Assembly (NCBI GenBank): GCA_037141455.1
Contig: JBAXCN010000004.1
Span: forward strand, 4,325-68,324
Direction of reading: 5' to 3'
DNA: 64,000 nt
Origin: Bacteroidota bacterium
GTDB lineage: Bacteria; Bacteroidota; Bacteroidia; UKL13-3
The notes under the pieces were generated by a model. It was given only the letters and a program-made list of their open reading frames with translations. It had not been told where the DNA came from and made no database searches. Positions 1-10,005 of the stretch are shown here, piece by piece. The translations under genes were made by a program, and so were the position numbers. How positions within the stretch are numbered: position 1 is the stretch's first letter; each line of letters starts with the position of its first letter.

Positions 1-85
1 AATAAGACAAGACCCCATGCATCAAGTAACTGAAATATTAAAAAGGGTTTTTGGAAATAAATAATATTCTGTAAATAACTATTGA

Positions 86-805
86 ATGAGTAAATTAGAT
101 ATTTTATGTTTTGCTGCGCATCCTGACGATGTAGAATTGGCATGTAGTGGCACTGTTATGCAGCACTTAGCACATGGTTATAAAGTTGGAATAATTGATT
201 TAACCCAAGGAGAATTAGGTACAAGAGGTTCATTAGAAATTAGAGCCATTGAAGCGCAAAATGCAGCAGAAATACTTGGAATAAAAGTGCGTGAAAACTT
301 AAAATTGGAAGATGGATTTTTTGAAAAAAATAAAGATAGTATCATTAAAATTATTAAAAAAATTAGGCAATATCAACCGGAAATTATTTTATGCAATGCT
401 GAGTTTGATAGACATATTGACCACGGAAAAGCAGCCGATTTAGTAAATGATGCTGCTTTTTTAAGTGGATTAATAAAAATTGAAACTTCGTTGAATGGCC
501 AAGTTCAAAGTGCTTGGAGGCCAAAACAAATTTATCATTTTATACAGGATAGAATGACTAAACCTGATATTGTTTTTGATATTACTCCCTTTTTTGAAAA
601 GAAAATGGAATCGATTTATGCATTTGAAAGTCAATTTTACAACACAACTAGTAAGGAACCCGAAACACCTATTTCGAGCTTAGATTTTATTAAATATATT
701 GAAGCAAGAGCCAGAGAATTTGGAAGGTTGATAAACGTTACTTTTGGAGAAGGTTTTACGGTTAAACGTCCTGTAGGTTCTAATAATTTAATGAATCAAT
801 TATAA
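86..805 (+). CDS. bshB1: LmbE/PIG-L family deacetylase, BshB1-like (bacillithiol biosynthesis)
   Basis: 239-aa ORF with the N-terminal AHPDDVE metal-binding motif and the TQGELGTRGS segment typical of BshB1/LmbE deacetylases. Confidence 0.75.
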   Translation: MSKLDILCFAAHPDDVELACSGTVMQHLAHGYKVGIIDLTQGELGTRGSLEIRAIEAQNAAEILGIKVRENLKLEDGFFEKNKDSIIKIIKKIRQYQPEIILCNAEFDRHIDHGKAADLVNDAAFLSGLIKIETSLNGQVQSAWRPKQIYHFIQDRMTKPDIVFDITPFFEKKMESIYAFESQFYNTTSKEPETPISSLDFIKYIEARAREFGRLINVTFGEGFTVKRPVGSNNLMNQL

Positions 806-806
806 T

Positions 807-1649
807 TTGGTATTGAATAATCATTTTCAATATGGTTTAACAATTTCATTAGTAGTTTATAATACCAATGAAGAAATATTAATGCCATTAATAAACAGTA
901 TTAATCAAATTAAAATTCCCGTAAAATTAATTGTTATTGATAATTCAGATAGACCTAATTTGCAGTTATTTTTCGAAAAAATAGATGCTCATTATGTTTT
1001 TAATAATAACAATTTAGGTTATGGGAAAGCACACAACAAAGCAATAGAAATTGGCAAAAGTTTAGCTCCTTTCCATTTAATTGTTAATCCTGATGTGGTT
1101 ATAAATTTAGGCTGTGTTGAAAATGGAATTAATTTTTTGAAACAACATATAAATGTAGGATTATTGATGCCTAAAGTGTTATATCCAAATGGACAAATTC
1201 AGCATTTATGTAAATTATTACCTACACCATTTAACTTAATTTTTAGGCGTTTTATACCAAAAAGTGTTTCAAATAGTTTTAAAAAAAGTTTAAATGAATA
1301 TGAACTTTTAAATAAGGATTATAATAAAAAAATGTTCTTAAATAATCTTTCAGGATGTTTTATGTTGATACCGCACGAGGTGTTAAATAAAACAGGAAAA
1401 TTTGACGAGAACTTTTTTATGTATTTAGAAGATACTGATTTAAGTAGGAGAATTAGTGCAGTATATGATGCCGTTTACCTGCCTTCTATATCTATAGTTC
1501 ATAATTACGAAAAAGGGTCTTACAAAAACAAAAAACTTTTACTTTATCATATTAAATCGGCCATATATTATTTTAATAAATGGGGTTGGTTTTTTGATAA
1601 AGAAAGGAATGTTAAAAACAAAAAAGTGCTTCAACAAATTCAAGATTAA
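807..1649 (+). CDS. Glycosyltransferase family 2
   Basis: 280-aa ORF with a GT-A fold signature (ISLVVYNT near the N-terminus, DNSD, later LEDTDLSRR). It has a TTG start and begins 1 nt after the bshB1 stop. Confidence 0.7.
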   Translation: MVLNNHFQYGLTISLVVYNTNEEILMPLINSINQIKIPVKLIVIDNSDRPNLQLFFEKIDAHYVFNNNNLGYGKAHNKAIEIGKSLAPFHLIVNPDVVINLGCVENGINFLKQHINVGLLMPKVLYPNGQIQHLCKLLPTPFNLIFRRFIPKSVSNSFKKSLNEYELLNKDYNKKMFLNNLSGCFMLIPHEVLNKTGKFDENFFMYLEDTDLSRRISAVYDAVYLPSISIVHNYEKGSYKNKKLLLYHIKSAIYYFNKWGWFFDKERNVKNKKVLQQIQD

Positions 1650-1654
1650 TTTTT

Positions 1655-2146
1655 ATGCACCATGATTATATAAAAATTTTAGAAAAGGCTAAAAAAAGTA
1701 AAGTTGAAAACAAAAAATTTTTAGAAAAGCTTAAAAAATTAGCACCTAAAAATTTGGATCAAATTACTAACCAATTACACGAGGAAGCGTTTGAAAAAAT
1801 TGATTGTTTAAATTGTGCTAATTGTTGTGCTTCAACCGGGCCATTGTTATTAAACAAAGACATTGATAGATTGGCTAAAAACTTGAAATTGAAGCCAAGT
1901 GTTTTTACCGAAAAGTATTTAAGAATTGACGAGGATAAAGATTATGTTTTTAAACAAATGCCTTGTTTGTTTTTAGGCAATGATAATTATTGTTCGGTTT
2001 ACAATGATAGGCCTAACGCATGTAGAGAATTTCCACATACTCAGCAACGAAATATTTTACAAAAATTAAAAATTACTTATTTGAACACAACTATTTGTCC
2101 GGCAGTGGCAGTTGTGGTGGAAGGGTTAAAGGAAAATTATAGCTAA
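1655..2146 (+). CDS. YkgJ-family cysteine-cluster protein (CxxCxxCC)
   Basis: 163-aa ORF with CLNCANCC followed by CSVYNDRPNACREFP, the pattern of the YkgJ/UPF0153 zinc- or iron-chelating family. Confidence 0.7.
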   Translation: MHHDYIKILEKAKKSKVENKKFLEKLKKLAPKNLDQITNQLHEEAFEKIDCLNCANCCASTGPLLLNKDIDRLAKNLKLKPSVFTEKYLRIDEDKDYVFKQMPCLFLGNDNYCSVYNDRPNACREFPHTQQRNILQKLKITYLNTTICPAVAVVVEGLKENYS

Positions 2147-2166
2147 TTATTGAAGGGAATAAAAAC

Positions 2167-2203
2167 AAAAAAAGCTTTAGTTATAAAAACTAAAGCTTTT
2201 TTT
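2167..2203. terminator. Bidirectional hairpin between the YkgJ-like gene and tRNA-Arg
   Basis: Perfect 14-bp stem aaaaaaagctttag / ctaaagcttttttt with a 9-nt loop. A/T runs sit on both sides. Confidence 0.55.
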
Positions 2204-2206
2204 CTG

Positions 2207-2280
2207 TGGTCTCGCAGGGATTCAAACCCCGAACCTTCTCATCCGTAGTGAGATGCTCTATTCAATTGAGCTACGAAACC
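2207..2280 (-). tRNA. tRNA-Arg (anticodon ACG)
   Basis: The reverse complement folds as a 74-nt cloverleaf. Acceptor GGTTTCG/CGAGACC, D stem GCTC/GAGC, anticodon stem TCTCA/TGAGA with loop CTACGGA, T stem CGGGG/CCCTG. No encoded CCA. Confidence 0.85.
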
Positions 2281-2287
2281 AATTATG

Positions 2288-2361
2288 CGGTGCGGACGGG
2301 ACTCGAACCCGCGACCCCCTGCGTGACAGGCAGGTATTCTAACCAACTGAACTACCACACC
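2288..2361 (-). tRNA. tRNA-Asp (anticodon GTC)
   Basis: The reverse complement is GGTGTGGTAGTTCAGTTGGTTAGAATACCTGCCTGTCACGCAGGGGGTCGCGGGTTCGAGTCCCGTCCGCACCG. Anticodon loop CTGTCAC, canonical GG D loop and TTCGAGT T loop. Confidence 0.9.
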
Positions 2362-2533
2362 GTAAACTTAAGAACTAATAAACCCTCGTTTAAAAGGAGT
2401 GCAAATATAGTAGTAATTATATTCTTGTCAAGTTTAAAGTATAAAAAAGTGAACATTATATAAAAATAGCTTAATACACAAGTAAATAAAATTATTTTGT
2501 TAAAACTTAACTTAGCCTTACTATTATTGCAGT

Positions 2534-3484
2534 ATGGCACAATTTGATTTTGAAAAACCAATACAAGAATTAGAAGACCAATTAAAAAAGGTTAAAGAGG
2601 TTGCAGATAAAGGTAAAATAGATGTTAGTTCATCAATTACTGAATTAGAAGGTAAAATTGAAACTACAAAAAAAGAAATTTATAAAAACCTTAATGGTTG
2701 GCAACGGGTACAAATAAGTAGGCATCCTGAAAGGCCATACACATTAGATTACATAGAAAATTGTTTCAATAATTTTATTGAAATGCATGGCGATAGAAAT
2801 GTAAAAGATGATAAAGCGATGGTAGGTGGTTTTGCTGCCATTGATGGAAGAACTGTAATGATTGTTGGCCATCAAAAAGGAAGAAATACCAAGCAAAGAC
2901 AGTACAGAAATTTTGGTATGCCAAACCCCGAAGGTTACAGAAAAGCATTGCGTTTAATGAAATTAGCTGAAAAGTTAAATAAACCAATCATTTGTTTTAT
3001 TGATACACCTGGCGCATCGCCTGGGTTAGAAGCTGAAGAAAGAGGGCAGGGAGAAGCCATTGCAAGAAATTTGTTAGAAATGAGTGTTTTAAAAGTGCCT
3101 GTAATTTGTATAATTATAGGCGAGGGTGCAAGTGGTGGCGCTTTAGGAATAGGAGTGGGCGATAAAGTAATCATGATGGAAAATACTTGGTATTCTGTTA
3201 TTTCACCAGAAAGTTGTTCTTCTATTTTATGGAGAAGTTGGGAACATAAAGAAAAAGCTGCCGAAGCATTGAAACTAACTGCGAACGATATGCTTAAAAA
3301 TAAGTTGATTGATGGAATAATAGAAGAGCCATTGGGAGGCGCACACGAAAATCCTAAGGAAACATATTTAATAATGAAAAATGCAATTAATTCAATGCTT
3401 GATGAATTGACCAAAGTTCCATCTGACGAATTGATAAAAACAAGAATTGCAAAGTTTAGTGAAATGGGCTCTTTTACAGAGTAG
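2534..3484 (+). CDS. accA: Acetyl-CoA carboxylase carboxyltransferase subunit alpha
   Basis: 316-aa ORF matching AccA end to end ([41 protein letters not shown]). Confidence 0.95.
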   Translation: MAQFDFEKPIQELEDQLKKVKEVADKGKIDVSSSITELEGKIETTKKEIYKNLNGWQRVQISRHPERPYTLDYIENCFNNFIEMHGDRNVKDDKAMVGGFAAIDGRTVMIVGHQKGRNTKQRQYRNFGMPNPEGYRKALRLMKLAEKLNKPIICFIDTPGASPGLEAEERGQGEAIARNLLEMSVLKVPVICIIIGEGASGGALGIGVGDKVIMMENTWYSVISPESCSSILWRSWEHKEKAAEALKLTANDMLKNKLIDGIIEEPLGGAHENPKETYLIMKNAINSMLDELTKVPSDELIKTRIAKFSEMGSFTE

Positions 3485-3513
3485 TTTTATCTTAAATACA
3501 TTTTATAATTAAT

Positions 3514-3540
3514 AAAGGCTGTTATTTAATAACGGCCTTT
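3514..3540. terminator. Hairpin between convergent accA and the glycosyltransferase gene
   Basis: aaaggctgttat / ataacggccttt inverted repeat with one G-T wobble. It overlaps the stop codon of the minus-strand gene. Confidence 0.5.
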
Positions 3541-4675
3541 ATAGTTTAATTGTACTAAGTTTTATATATAAATCGTTAATTGAAAAAGCAATTTCATTTC
3601 TGTCAAATAACTGAGTTCTGAGTTCGGCAGCTTTAATATTTTGTTCAATTATGTTCTTTTGTTCAAACTGATTATTGATGAATGAAACTATTGCTTCACT
3701 GTCCAAGTGATTAATTTGTAAACCAGTATTGCCAATCACTTCGGGCAGAGAGGAAGAATTAGAAGTAATAATAGGAATTTTGCTTTTCATTGCTTCTAAA
3801 ACGGGTATTCCAAATCCTTCAAATTCTGAAATATATACAAACACATCAGCGCATTGATAAATAATTGGCAAATCATGTGAAACAATATTTTCTAAAACAA
3901 TCAATCTTTTAAATAAATTGTTTTTGGTAGCAAATTCATAAATTTCGTTGAAATAAGCTGTTTTTTTACCTATTAAAACCAAACTCCAGTCTGTATTAAT
4001 TTTAGCTAAAGCTTTTAAAATAGTTAGTTGATTTTTTCTGGTTTCAATAGTTCCTACACTTAAAATAAATTTTGAAGGAAGATTATATTTCTTCTTTATT
4101 TCATTTTTTTGTTCACTAGTAAATATTAATGCAAAGTCATTGCTACAATCTTGGTAAATTACTTTAGTTTTATTTGGTTCAGTATGAAAAAATTCTTCAA
4201 TATCTCTTTTAGTTTGATTGCTTGTAGCGAGTATTAAATCGCTTTCATTACACGCACGCTTGAATTTTTTTTTATAAATATAAGCATCAATATTGTTATA
4301 GTAATTTGGATAACGCAAAAAAATTAAATCGTGAATTGTAACTATAATTTTTGTTTTACTTCTATTAATTCCTATTGGAATTTCGTTACTTAAACCATGA
4401 AAAATATTAAGTTTTAATTCATTAATAATATCGCCAACTCTAAATGTTCTCCATGCTGCATGCAATTTTTTATAAATGTATTTTTCGGGTTGTATTATTT
4501 GAACATTGGCATATTCGCTAAACAGATTAGAATACTTTTCATCGATTGTTGGTGTAAATAAAAAATAGTTGTGTTCTGGATATTTAATTAATAGAGATTC
4601 TATTAATAGCCGGGCATAATTACCCAAACCGGTTGAGTTATTAAAAGCTCGTTTTGCATCAAAACCTATTTTCAT
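3539..4675 (-). CDS. Glycosyltransferase family 4 (GT-B)
   Basis: 378-aa ORF with the C-terminal SEFEGFGIPVLEAM motif typical of GT4/GT1 retaining glycosyltransferases. Confidence 0.75.
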   Translation of the reverse strand: MKIGFDAKRAFNNSTGLGNYARLLIESLLIKYPEHNYFLFTPTIDEKYSNLFSEYANVQIIQPEKYIYKKLHAAWRTFRVGDIINELKLNIFHGLSNEIPIGINRSKTKIIVTIHDLIFLRYPNYYNNIDAYIYKKKFKRACNESDLILATSNQTKRDIEEFFHTEPNKTKVIYQDCSNDFALIFTSEQKNEIKKKYNLPSKFILSVGTIETRKNQLTILKALAKINTDWSLVLIGKKTAYFNEIYEFATKNNLFKRLIVLENIVSHDLPIIYQCADVFVYISEFEGFGIPVLEAMKSKIPIITSNSSSLPEVIGNTGLQINHLDSEAIVSFINNQFEQKNIIEQNIKAAELRTQLFDRNEIAFSINDLYIKLSTIKL

Positions 4676-4697
4676 TAATGTGTTTTACTATTTCTAT

Positions 4698-5507
4698 TTA
4701 AACAGCCACGCTATTATCCCTTAAAGCATCATTCAAGCTGGTTTTTTTATCAGTGCTTTCTTTGCGTTTGCCAATAATTATGGCGCAAGGCACTTGATAA
4801 TCGCCTGCGGGAAATTTTTTGGTGTATGAACCGGGAATAACCACCGAACGTGCAGGAACCACTCCTTTGTATTCAACAGGATTTTCGCCTGTAACATCAA
4901 TAATTTTTGTACTCATGGTAAGTGTTACTCCAGCTCCTAAAACAGCTTCTGTTTCTACTCTAACACCTTCTACAACTATACAGCGCGAACCTATAAAACA
5001 ATTGTCTTCAATAATAACTGGAGCTGCTTGAACAGGTTCTAACACACCACCAATTCCAACACCACCACTTAGGTGTACATTTTTACCTATTTGAGCGCAA
5101 CTTCCAACTGTTGCCCAAGTATCAACCATGGTTCCTTCATCAACATAAGCGCCAATGTTAACATAACTTGGCATTAAAATTACACCTTTAGCTAAATACG
5201 AACCATAACGAGCAACCGCATGAGGAACAACCCTTACACCCAATTCGGCATAATTGCGTTTAAGTAACATTTTATCATGAAACTCAAATGGACCCAATTC
5301 AATGGTTTCCATTTTTTGAATTGGAAAATAAAGAATAACCGCTTTTTTTACCCAATCATTTACTTTCCATCCATTTTCGGTAGGTTCAGCTGTTCTTAGT
5401 TTTCCTTTGTCAAGTAGTTCAATTACATCTCTAATGGCTTGTTGAGTAGCTTCTTCTTTTATCAAGTCACGGTTTTCCCATGCTTGTTCTATTATATTTT
5501 GTAGCAT
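4698..5507 (-). CDS. dapD: 2,3,4,5-tetrahydropyridine-2,6-dicarboxylate N-succinyltransferase
   Basis: 269-aa ORF with left-handed beta-helix hexapeptide repeats and a DapD-type N-terminal domain. Confidence 0.85.
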   Translation of the reverse strand: MLQNIIEQAWENRDLIKEEATQQAIRDVIELLDKGKLRTAEPTENGWKVNDWVKKAVILYFPIQKMETIELGPFEFHDKMLLKRNYAELGVRVVPHAVARYGSYLAKGVILMPSYVNIGAYVDEGTMVDTWATVGSCAQIGKNVHLSGGVGIGGVLEPVQAAPVIIEDNCFIGSRCIVVEGVRVETEAVLGAGVTLTMSTKIIDVTGENPVEYKGVVPARSVVIPGSYTKKFPAGDYQVPCAIIIGKRKESTDKKTSLNDALRDNSVAV

Positions 5508-5539
5508 TAATATTTATCTTGTTTATTATTTAAAATTCT

Positions 5540-6406
5540 TTAAATATGTTTTTCAGCATGGTAGCTTGAGCGAACCAAAGCACCACTTTCTACATAATTA
5601 AATCCTTTAGCAATACCTACTTGTTTGTAATAATCAAATTGCTCGGGAGTTACAAATTCTTCAACAGCTAAGTGCATTTTAGTTGGTTGTAAATATTGTC
5701 CAAGAGTCAATACATCGCAACCATGAGCAACTAAATCGTCCATAATTTCAAATACTTCATTTTCAGTTTCACCCAAACCCAACATTACACCGCTTTTTGT
5801 TCTTCTTCCTCTTTCTTTTGTTAGCTTTATTTGTTCTAAACTTCTTTCGTATTTAGCTTGAGGACGAACTTTTCTGTATAAACGTGGTACAGTTTCCATG
5901 TTATGACTTACCACTTCAGGCTTTTCATCAATTACTTGATACAATAAATCCCATTTGCTTAAAAAATCGGGAATTAAAGTTTCCATAGTGGTATTTGGAT
6001 TTATTTCTTTCACCATTCTAATGGTGTCAGCCCATACTTTTGCCCCTTTGTCGGGTAGTTCATCTCTATTAACTGAAGTTAAAACGGCATGTTTTACATT
6101 CATTAATTTAATTGCTTCCGCTACTCTTTTTGGTTCTTCTAAGTCATAAGTTTTAGCTCTGCCAGTTGCTACTGCACAAAACGAGCAACTGCGAGTACAT
6201 ATATTCCCTAAAATCATAAAAGTTGCAGTTCCTTCGCCCCAACATTCGCCCATGTTAGGGCAGTTTCCACTTTCGCAAATGGTATGCAATTTATATTCAT
6301 CAACTAACTGACGAACTTTTCTATAATTTTCACCAGTAGGTAATTTTACTTTTAACCAATTAGGTTTTTTTACTCTTGCTTCGTTTAAAACAGGTAATTC
6401 TATCAT
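5540..6406 (-). CDS. lipA: Lipoyl synthase
   Basis: 288-aa ORF with both LipA clusters: [12 protein letters not shown] and radical-SAM [10 protein letters not shown]. Confidence 0.95.
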   Translation of the reverse strand: MIELPVLNEARVKKPNWLKVKLPTGENYRKVRQLVDEYKLHTICESGNCPNMGECWGEGTATFMILGNICTRSCSFCAVATGRAKTYDLEEPKRVAEAIKLMNVKHAVLTSVNRDELPDKGAKVWADTIRMVKEINPNTTMETLIPDFLSKWDLLYQVIDEKPEVVSHNMETVPRLYRKVRPQAKYERSLEQIKLTKERGRRTKSGVMLGLGETENEVFEIMDDLVAHGCDVLTLGQYLQPTKMHLAVEEFVTPEQFDYYKQVGIAKGFNYVESGALVRSSYHAEKHI

Positions 6407-6433
6407 TTATACTATTTATATTAAATTATAACT

Positions 6434-7180
6434 TTAATTTTTCCAGCCAAAATTAAATGCTAAATAAAGTGCAGGAAAAAATTGAATTTGTTCGGTTTTG
6501 ATTAACATTGGCAAAGTTTCATTAAAAGCATCAAAGGTAATTCCTGCTTCTAACGATTTGTATTCATCAGGATATTGTCCATACTCGATACTTAAACCAA
6601 CTCTTCCAAACAAACCTGGTTTTACTTTTAATTCGTCTAATCCATTTAAAAATTGACCATTTCCGTATATCCTATACTCATCTTTATGTCTTATTGGATC
6701 GAATTTTTCAGTTACTAATGAATTTGTTCTATCAGGATTTTGAACAAAATAATCGATGTATGCAGGTTTTAATAATGCTAGCGAAATACCTACAGAATAA
6801 ACTAAATTCAATCCTAATGCATTTTTGTAACTTCTTTCTGTTAGTTCTATTTTTTGACCAAAGCTATTTCTAAAAAAATACACATAATTTAATCTTCCAT
6901 AAGTATAAGTATTTGGGTTTTCTTGAAAACCATAACGCCACACTTCTTTAGGATGCCTGATATATGAAAAATCGCACTCCCAAAAATTTTTTTTGCTTCC
7001 AGTTTTGTGCCATGCATGTCGGTAATACATGCCACCTCCGCTGTAAGTATTTAAATGAAATCCTATATTATTGTCTTTGTACAACAATATTTCACCATCC
7101 AAAATTGGTGCATTTTGGCAGGAACTATTTTTTACTAAAAAAAATAAAAATATCAATAAAATAATGAATCTGTTTTGCAA
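6434..7180 (-). CDS. Hypothetical secreted / outer-membrane protein
   Basis: 248-aa ORF with an N-terminal signal peptide, an aromatic-rich beta-strand pattern and a C-terminal FNFGWKN. It lies upstream of lipA in the same orientation. Confidence 0.5.
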   Translation of the reverse strand: MQNRFIILLIFLFFLVKNSSCQNAPILDGEILLYKDNNIGFHLNTYSGGGMYYRHAWHKTGSKKNFWECDFSYIRHPKEVWRYGFQENPNTYTYGRLNYVYFFRNSFGQKIELTERSYKNALGLNLVYSVGISLALLKPAYIDYFVQNPDRTNSLVTEKFDPIRHKDEYRIYGNGQFLNGLDELKVKPGLFGRVGLSIEYGQYPDEYKSLEAGITFDAFNETLPMLIKTEQIQFFPALYLAFNFGWKN

Positions 7181-7221
7181 AGCGAATTAACTTTTATTAT
7201 TGTTGTCAAAAATAACAAAAA

Positions 7222-7629
7222 ATGAATACAGCTGAAGTAATTTATTTAGGAGAATTTAGATGTGAGTCAATTCACCTTCAATCAGGCAATAAAATATTGA
7301 CAGATGCACCCACTGATAATTTTGGAAAAGGGGAAGCATTTTCGCCTACAGATTTGGTTGCAAAGGCTTTAGCAAGTTGCATGATTACTACAATTGCTAT
7401 TCAAACTAGGCTAATGGGTTTTGATTTAATTAATTCAAAATTGACAGTTAAAAAACATATGGAGGGAAATCCGAGAAGGATTTCAAAAATTGAAATAGCT
7501 GTTTTTATTCCGAAAGGGAATTTAACTGAAGAAAATAAAGCTAAAATAATTGAAATTGGGCTTAATTGCCCAGTAAATAAAAGTTTACATCCTGATTTAA
7601 TACAAGATATAAACTTTCATTTTATATAA
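7222..7629 (+). CDS. OsmC family peroxiredoxin-like protein
   Basis: 135-aa ORF with two conserved Cys contexts (LASCMIT and LNCPV) matching the OsmC/Ohr fold. Confidence 0.7.
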   Translation: MNTAEVIYLGEFRCESIHLQSGNKILTDAPTDNFGKGEAFSPTDLVAKALASCMITTIAIQTRLMGFDLINSKLTVKKHMEGNPRRISKIEIAVFIPKGNLTEENKAKIIEIGLNCPVNKSLHPDLIQDINFHFI

Positions 7630-7645
7630 ATTAAAATAAATTTAT

Positions 7646-7729
7646 TTAAAATTTAGGACAAGAACCTTTGCATGAAACCATTAAAATAACGATTAATGCG
7701 AAAATGGCGATAGGAGCTAACTTTTTCAT
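7646..7729 (-). CDS. Candidate 27-aa micro-lipoprotein (MKKLAPIAIFALIVILMVSCKGSCPKF)
   Basis: Not in the supplied ORF track because it is too short. ATG start, positively charged N-terminus, hydrophobic core, lipobox-like VSC, TAA stop. It is the only ORF in an otherwise empty 150-bp spacer. Confidence 0.3.
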   Translation of the reverse strand: MKKLAPIAIFALIVILMVSCKGSCPKF

Positions 7730-7779
7730 AACTGATTGGTTTTTTATATATTATTTTTAATTTTATAATATTTTATATT

Positions 7780-8985
7780 TTGCAAAAGTATAATTTTTTT
7801 ACTGAACATTTAAATTTTGATATTGAAACTTTTATCAAAAAACACATTAATGACAATAAAAACACATTGGCTTTTAAACTAAAGGCTAATAAACAAACGA
7901 ACTTTAATGCTAATTTGGTATTAGAAACTTTAATTAATTATAAAAAAGCACTCTATAAAGTACCTATTTATGCTTTAAATTATTGTTGGTTACCCACTAA
8001 AAGTTATGAACAGTGTAGCAGTGAATTGACCTCTTTTTATAAATCAAGTTTGTATAAAGGTGATAAAGTGTTGGATTTGTCGGGTGGTTTAGGAATTGAT
8101 GACATAGCTTTTGCAAAAAAATTTAATGAAGTAATATCAATTGATTGCGATGAAGAATTAAATGAAATAGTAAAGTTTAATTTTAATAAATTAGGAATTA
8201 AAAATATAGAAAGAGTTACCGCTTTTGCTGAAGATTTTTTACAGAAAAATAATACAAACTTCGATTTAGTTTACATAGATGCAGATAGAAGACCATTGGG
8301 AAATAATAAAAGTTTTTTATTTGAAGATTGTACTCCAAACATTTTAGAAATAATCCCTCCATTAAAGCAAATCTCCAATCAGTTATTAATAAAACTTTCA
8401 CCTTTAATTGATTTAAATTATTGTATAAAATCAATTAAAAATATTGAAGAAATACATGTTGTTTCTTTAAAAAATGAAGTGAAAGAAATATTATTAAAAG
8501 TAAATTTTTTAATAGAAAGTTCAACAAAAATTAAAGCAATAAATATTATAAATAATGAAGAAATTCAACTATTTGAAGAGGTTGAATCTCACATAGAACA
8601 AAACATAGAATTTAGTGAAGCAACTTATTTTTTTGAACCCAATGCAAGTATTATAAAAGCACGTTTAAGCTTTAAATATTCACAAAGTTTAGGTTTAAAA
8701 ATGTTGGCAGAAAATTCAAACTTTTTTATTGGCAATAATAATATTGAAAATTTTATGGGAAGAAGTTTTAAAATAAAACAATCCATGGTTTTTAGTAAAC
8801 AAGAGTTTATAAATTATTTAAAACAAAACAACATTAGTAAAGCCAATATTAGTAAAAGAAATTTCCCTATAAATGAAACAGAGATTGCTAAGCAGTTTAA
8901 TATAAAAAATGGGGGAGAGGATTACTTTTTTTTTACTAAAAATAGTCAAGATCAAAAATTAGTATTTCATTGTGTTAAAAACTAA
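7780..8985 (+). CDS. Class I SAM-dependent methyltransferase with a long C-terminal (THUMP-like) extension
   Basis: 401-aa ORF with motif I VLDLSGGLGIDD and DADRRP downstream. It has a TTG start because there is no in-frame ATG before the methyltransferase motif. Confidence 0.55.
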   Translation: MQKYNFFTEHLNFDIETFIKKHINDNKNTLAFKLKANKQTNFNANLVLETLINYKKALYKVPIYALNYCWLPTKSYEQCSSELTSFYKSSLYKGDKVLDLSGGLGIDDIAFAKKFNEVISIDCDEELNEIVKFNFNKLGIKNIERVTAFAEDFLQKNNTNFDLVYIDADRRPLGNNKSFLFEDCTPNILEIIPPLKQISNQLLIKLSPLIDLNYCIKSIKNIEEIHVVSLKNEVKEILLKVNFLIESSTKIKAINIINNEEIQLFEEVESHIEQNIEFSEATYFFEPNASIIKARLSFKYSQSLGLKMLAENSNFFIGNNNIENFMGRSFKIKQSMVFSKQEFINYLKQNNISKANISKRNFPINETEIAKQFNIKNGGEDYFFFTKNSQDQKLVFHCVKN

Positions 8986-9872
8986 CAATTAGGTTTTTTT
9001 TCATTTAACATTTTAATAAAAACATCTTCCATACTTGCTATTTTAGGCATAAATGAAATTAATTCTATTTGGTTATTTAAGAGAGCAATAACCTCTTTTT
9101 TATTTGATAAAATATTTATAGTGGCCTCATTTTCAGTTGAATTTACTATTTTATAGTGACTTGATTCTTGTAGGCTTCCATTAAAATTTAAAACAAATTC
9201 ATCATTGCTAAATTGCTTTTTAATATCGTTTTTGTTTCCACTTAAAACTACTTCACTTTTGTTAATCATTGCAATATCATCACATAGTTTTTCAACAGTA
9301 TCCATTCTGTGAGTTGAAAAAATAATGGTACTTCCATTGGCTCTTAAGTTCAAAATTTCATCTACTAAAAGTTGTGCATTTTTAGGATCAAAACCGCTAA
9401 AAGGTTCATCTAAAATAATTAATTTGGGTTGGTGTAAAACAGTGGCAATAAATTGAACTTTTTGTTGCATTCCTTTTGAAAGTTCTTCTACTTTTTTATT
9501 CAACCAATCTTTAATTTCAAATTTATCAACCCAATATTTTACAGTTTTTTTTGCTTCTGAACTTTTTAAACCTTTGAGTTCAGCAAAATATAAGAGTTGT
9601 TCGCCAATTTGCATTTTTTTATACAAACCTCTTTCTTCGGGCAAATAACCCATTTCATAAATATGCTTTTCTTGTAAATTTTCGCCATTAAATTTTATAC
9701 TTCCCGAATCGGCTTGCGTTATTTGCGTTAAAATTCGTATTAAACTAGTTTTACCAGCGCCATTTGGCCCGAGCAGCCCAAAAATACTCTGCTTGGGAAT
9801 ATTAATACTTACATTTTTTAATGCTTGATGGTTGGCGTACGATTTATTTATATTATTGATTTCAATTAACAT
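8982..9872 (-). CDS. ABC transporter ATP-binding protein (ABC-2/NatA-like)
   Basis: 296-aa ORF with Walker A GPNGAGKTS, signature LSKGMQQK and Walker B LIILDEP. No adjacent permease gene. Confidence 0.8.
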   Translation of the reverse strand: MLIEINNINKSYANHQALKNVSINIPKQSIFGLLGPNGAGKTSLIRILTQITQADSGSIKFNGENLQEKHIYEMGYLPEERGLYKKMQIGEQLLYFAELKGLKSSEAKKTVKYWVDKFEIKDWLNKKVEELSKGMQQKVQFIATVLHQPKLIILDEPFSGFDPKNAQLLVDEILNLRANGSTIIFSTHRMDTVEKLCDDIAMINKSEVVLSGNKNDIKKQFSNDEFVLNFNGSLQESSHYKIVNSTENEATINILSNKKEVIALLNNQIELISFMPKIASMEDVFIKMLNEKKPNC

Positions 9873-10005
9873 TTGATATATTTTTACTTTTCAAATAAAG
9901 TTAATAGTACTTTATTTTTTCTATATTTTTTTTTAAATGGAAGTTTTTAAATAAATTGTTTGTTAAACTTTAAATAAACTAATTTGCAAATCAAAAAATA
10001 ACACC

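Noticed and set aside
2207-2361. tRNA genes as an integration site for a genomic island.
   Set aside because: No integrase, no duplicated tRNA 3' segment and no compositional break are visible on either side. The flanking genes are core (accA and a YkgJ-like gene).
2206-2463. 85-aa plus-strand ORF, and the 69-aa minus-strand ORF at 2352..2561, in the supplied track.
   Set aside because: Both lie across the two tRNA genes and the AT-rich accA promoter region. The sequence is explained by tRNA-Arg and tRNA-Asp on the minus strand.
2935-3414. 159-aa ORF antisense to accA. Similar long antisense ORFs lie at 13081..13461, 19304..19612, 23749..24105 and 27104..27457.
   Set aside because: Each is fully embedded opposite a strongly recognisable gene and has low-complexity translation and no motifs. 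These are typical shadow ORFs.
8982-8985. 4-nt overlap of the stop codons of convergent genes (methyltransferase and ABC ATPase).
   Set aside because: The overlap is real (TAA and TAG share bases), but such tail-to-tail overlaps are common in compact genomes. No structure or repeat is associated with it.
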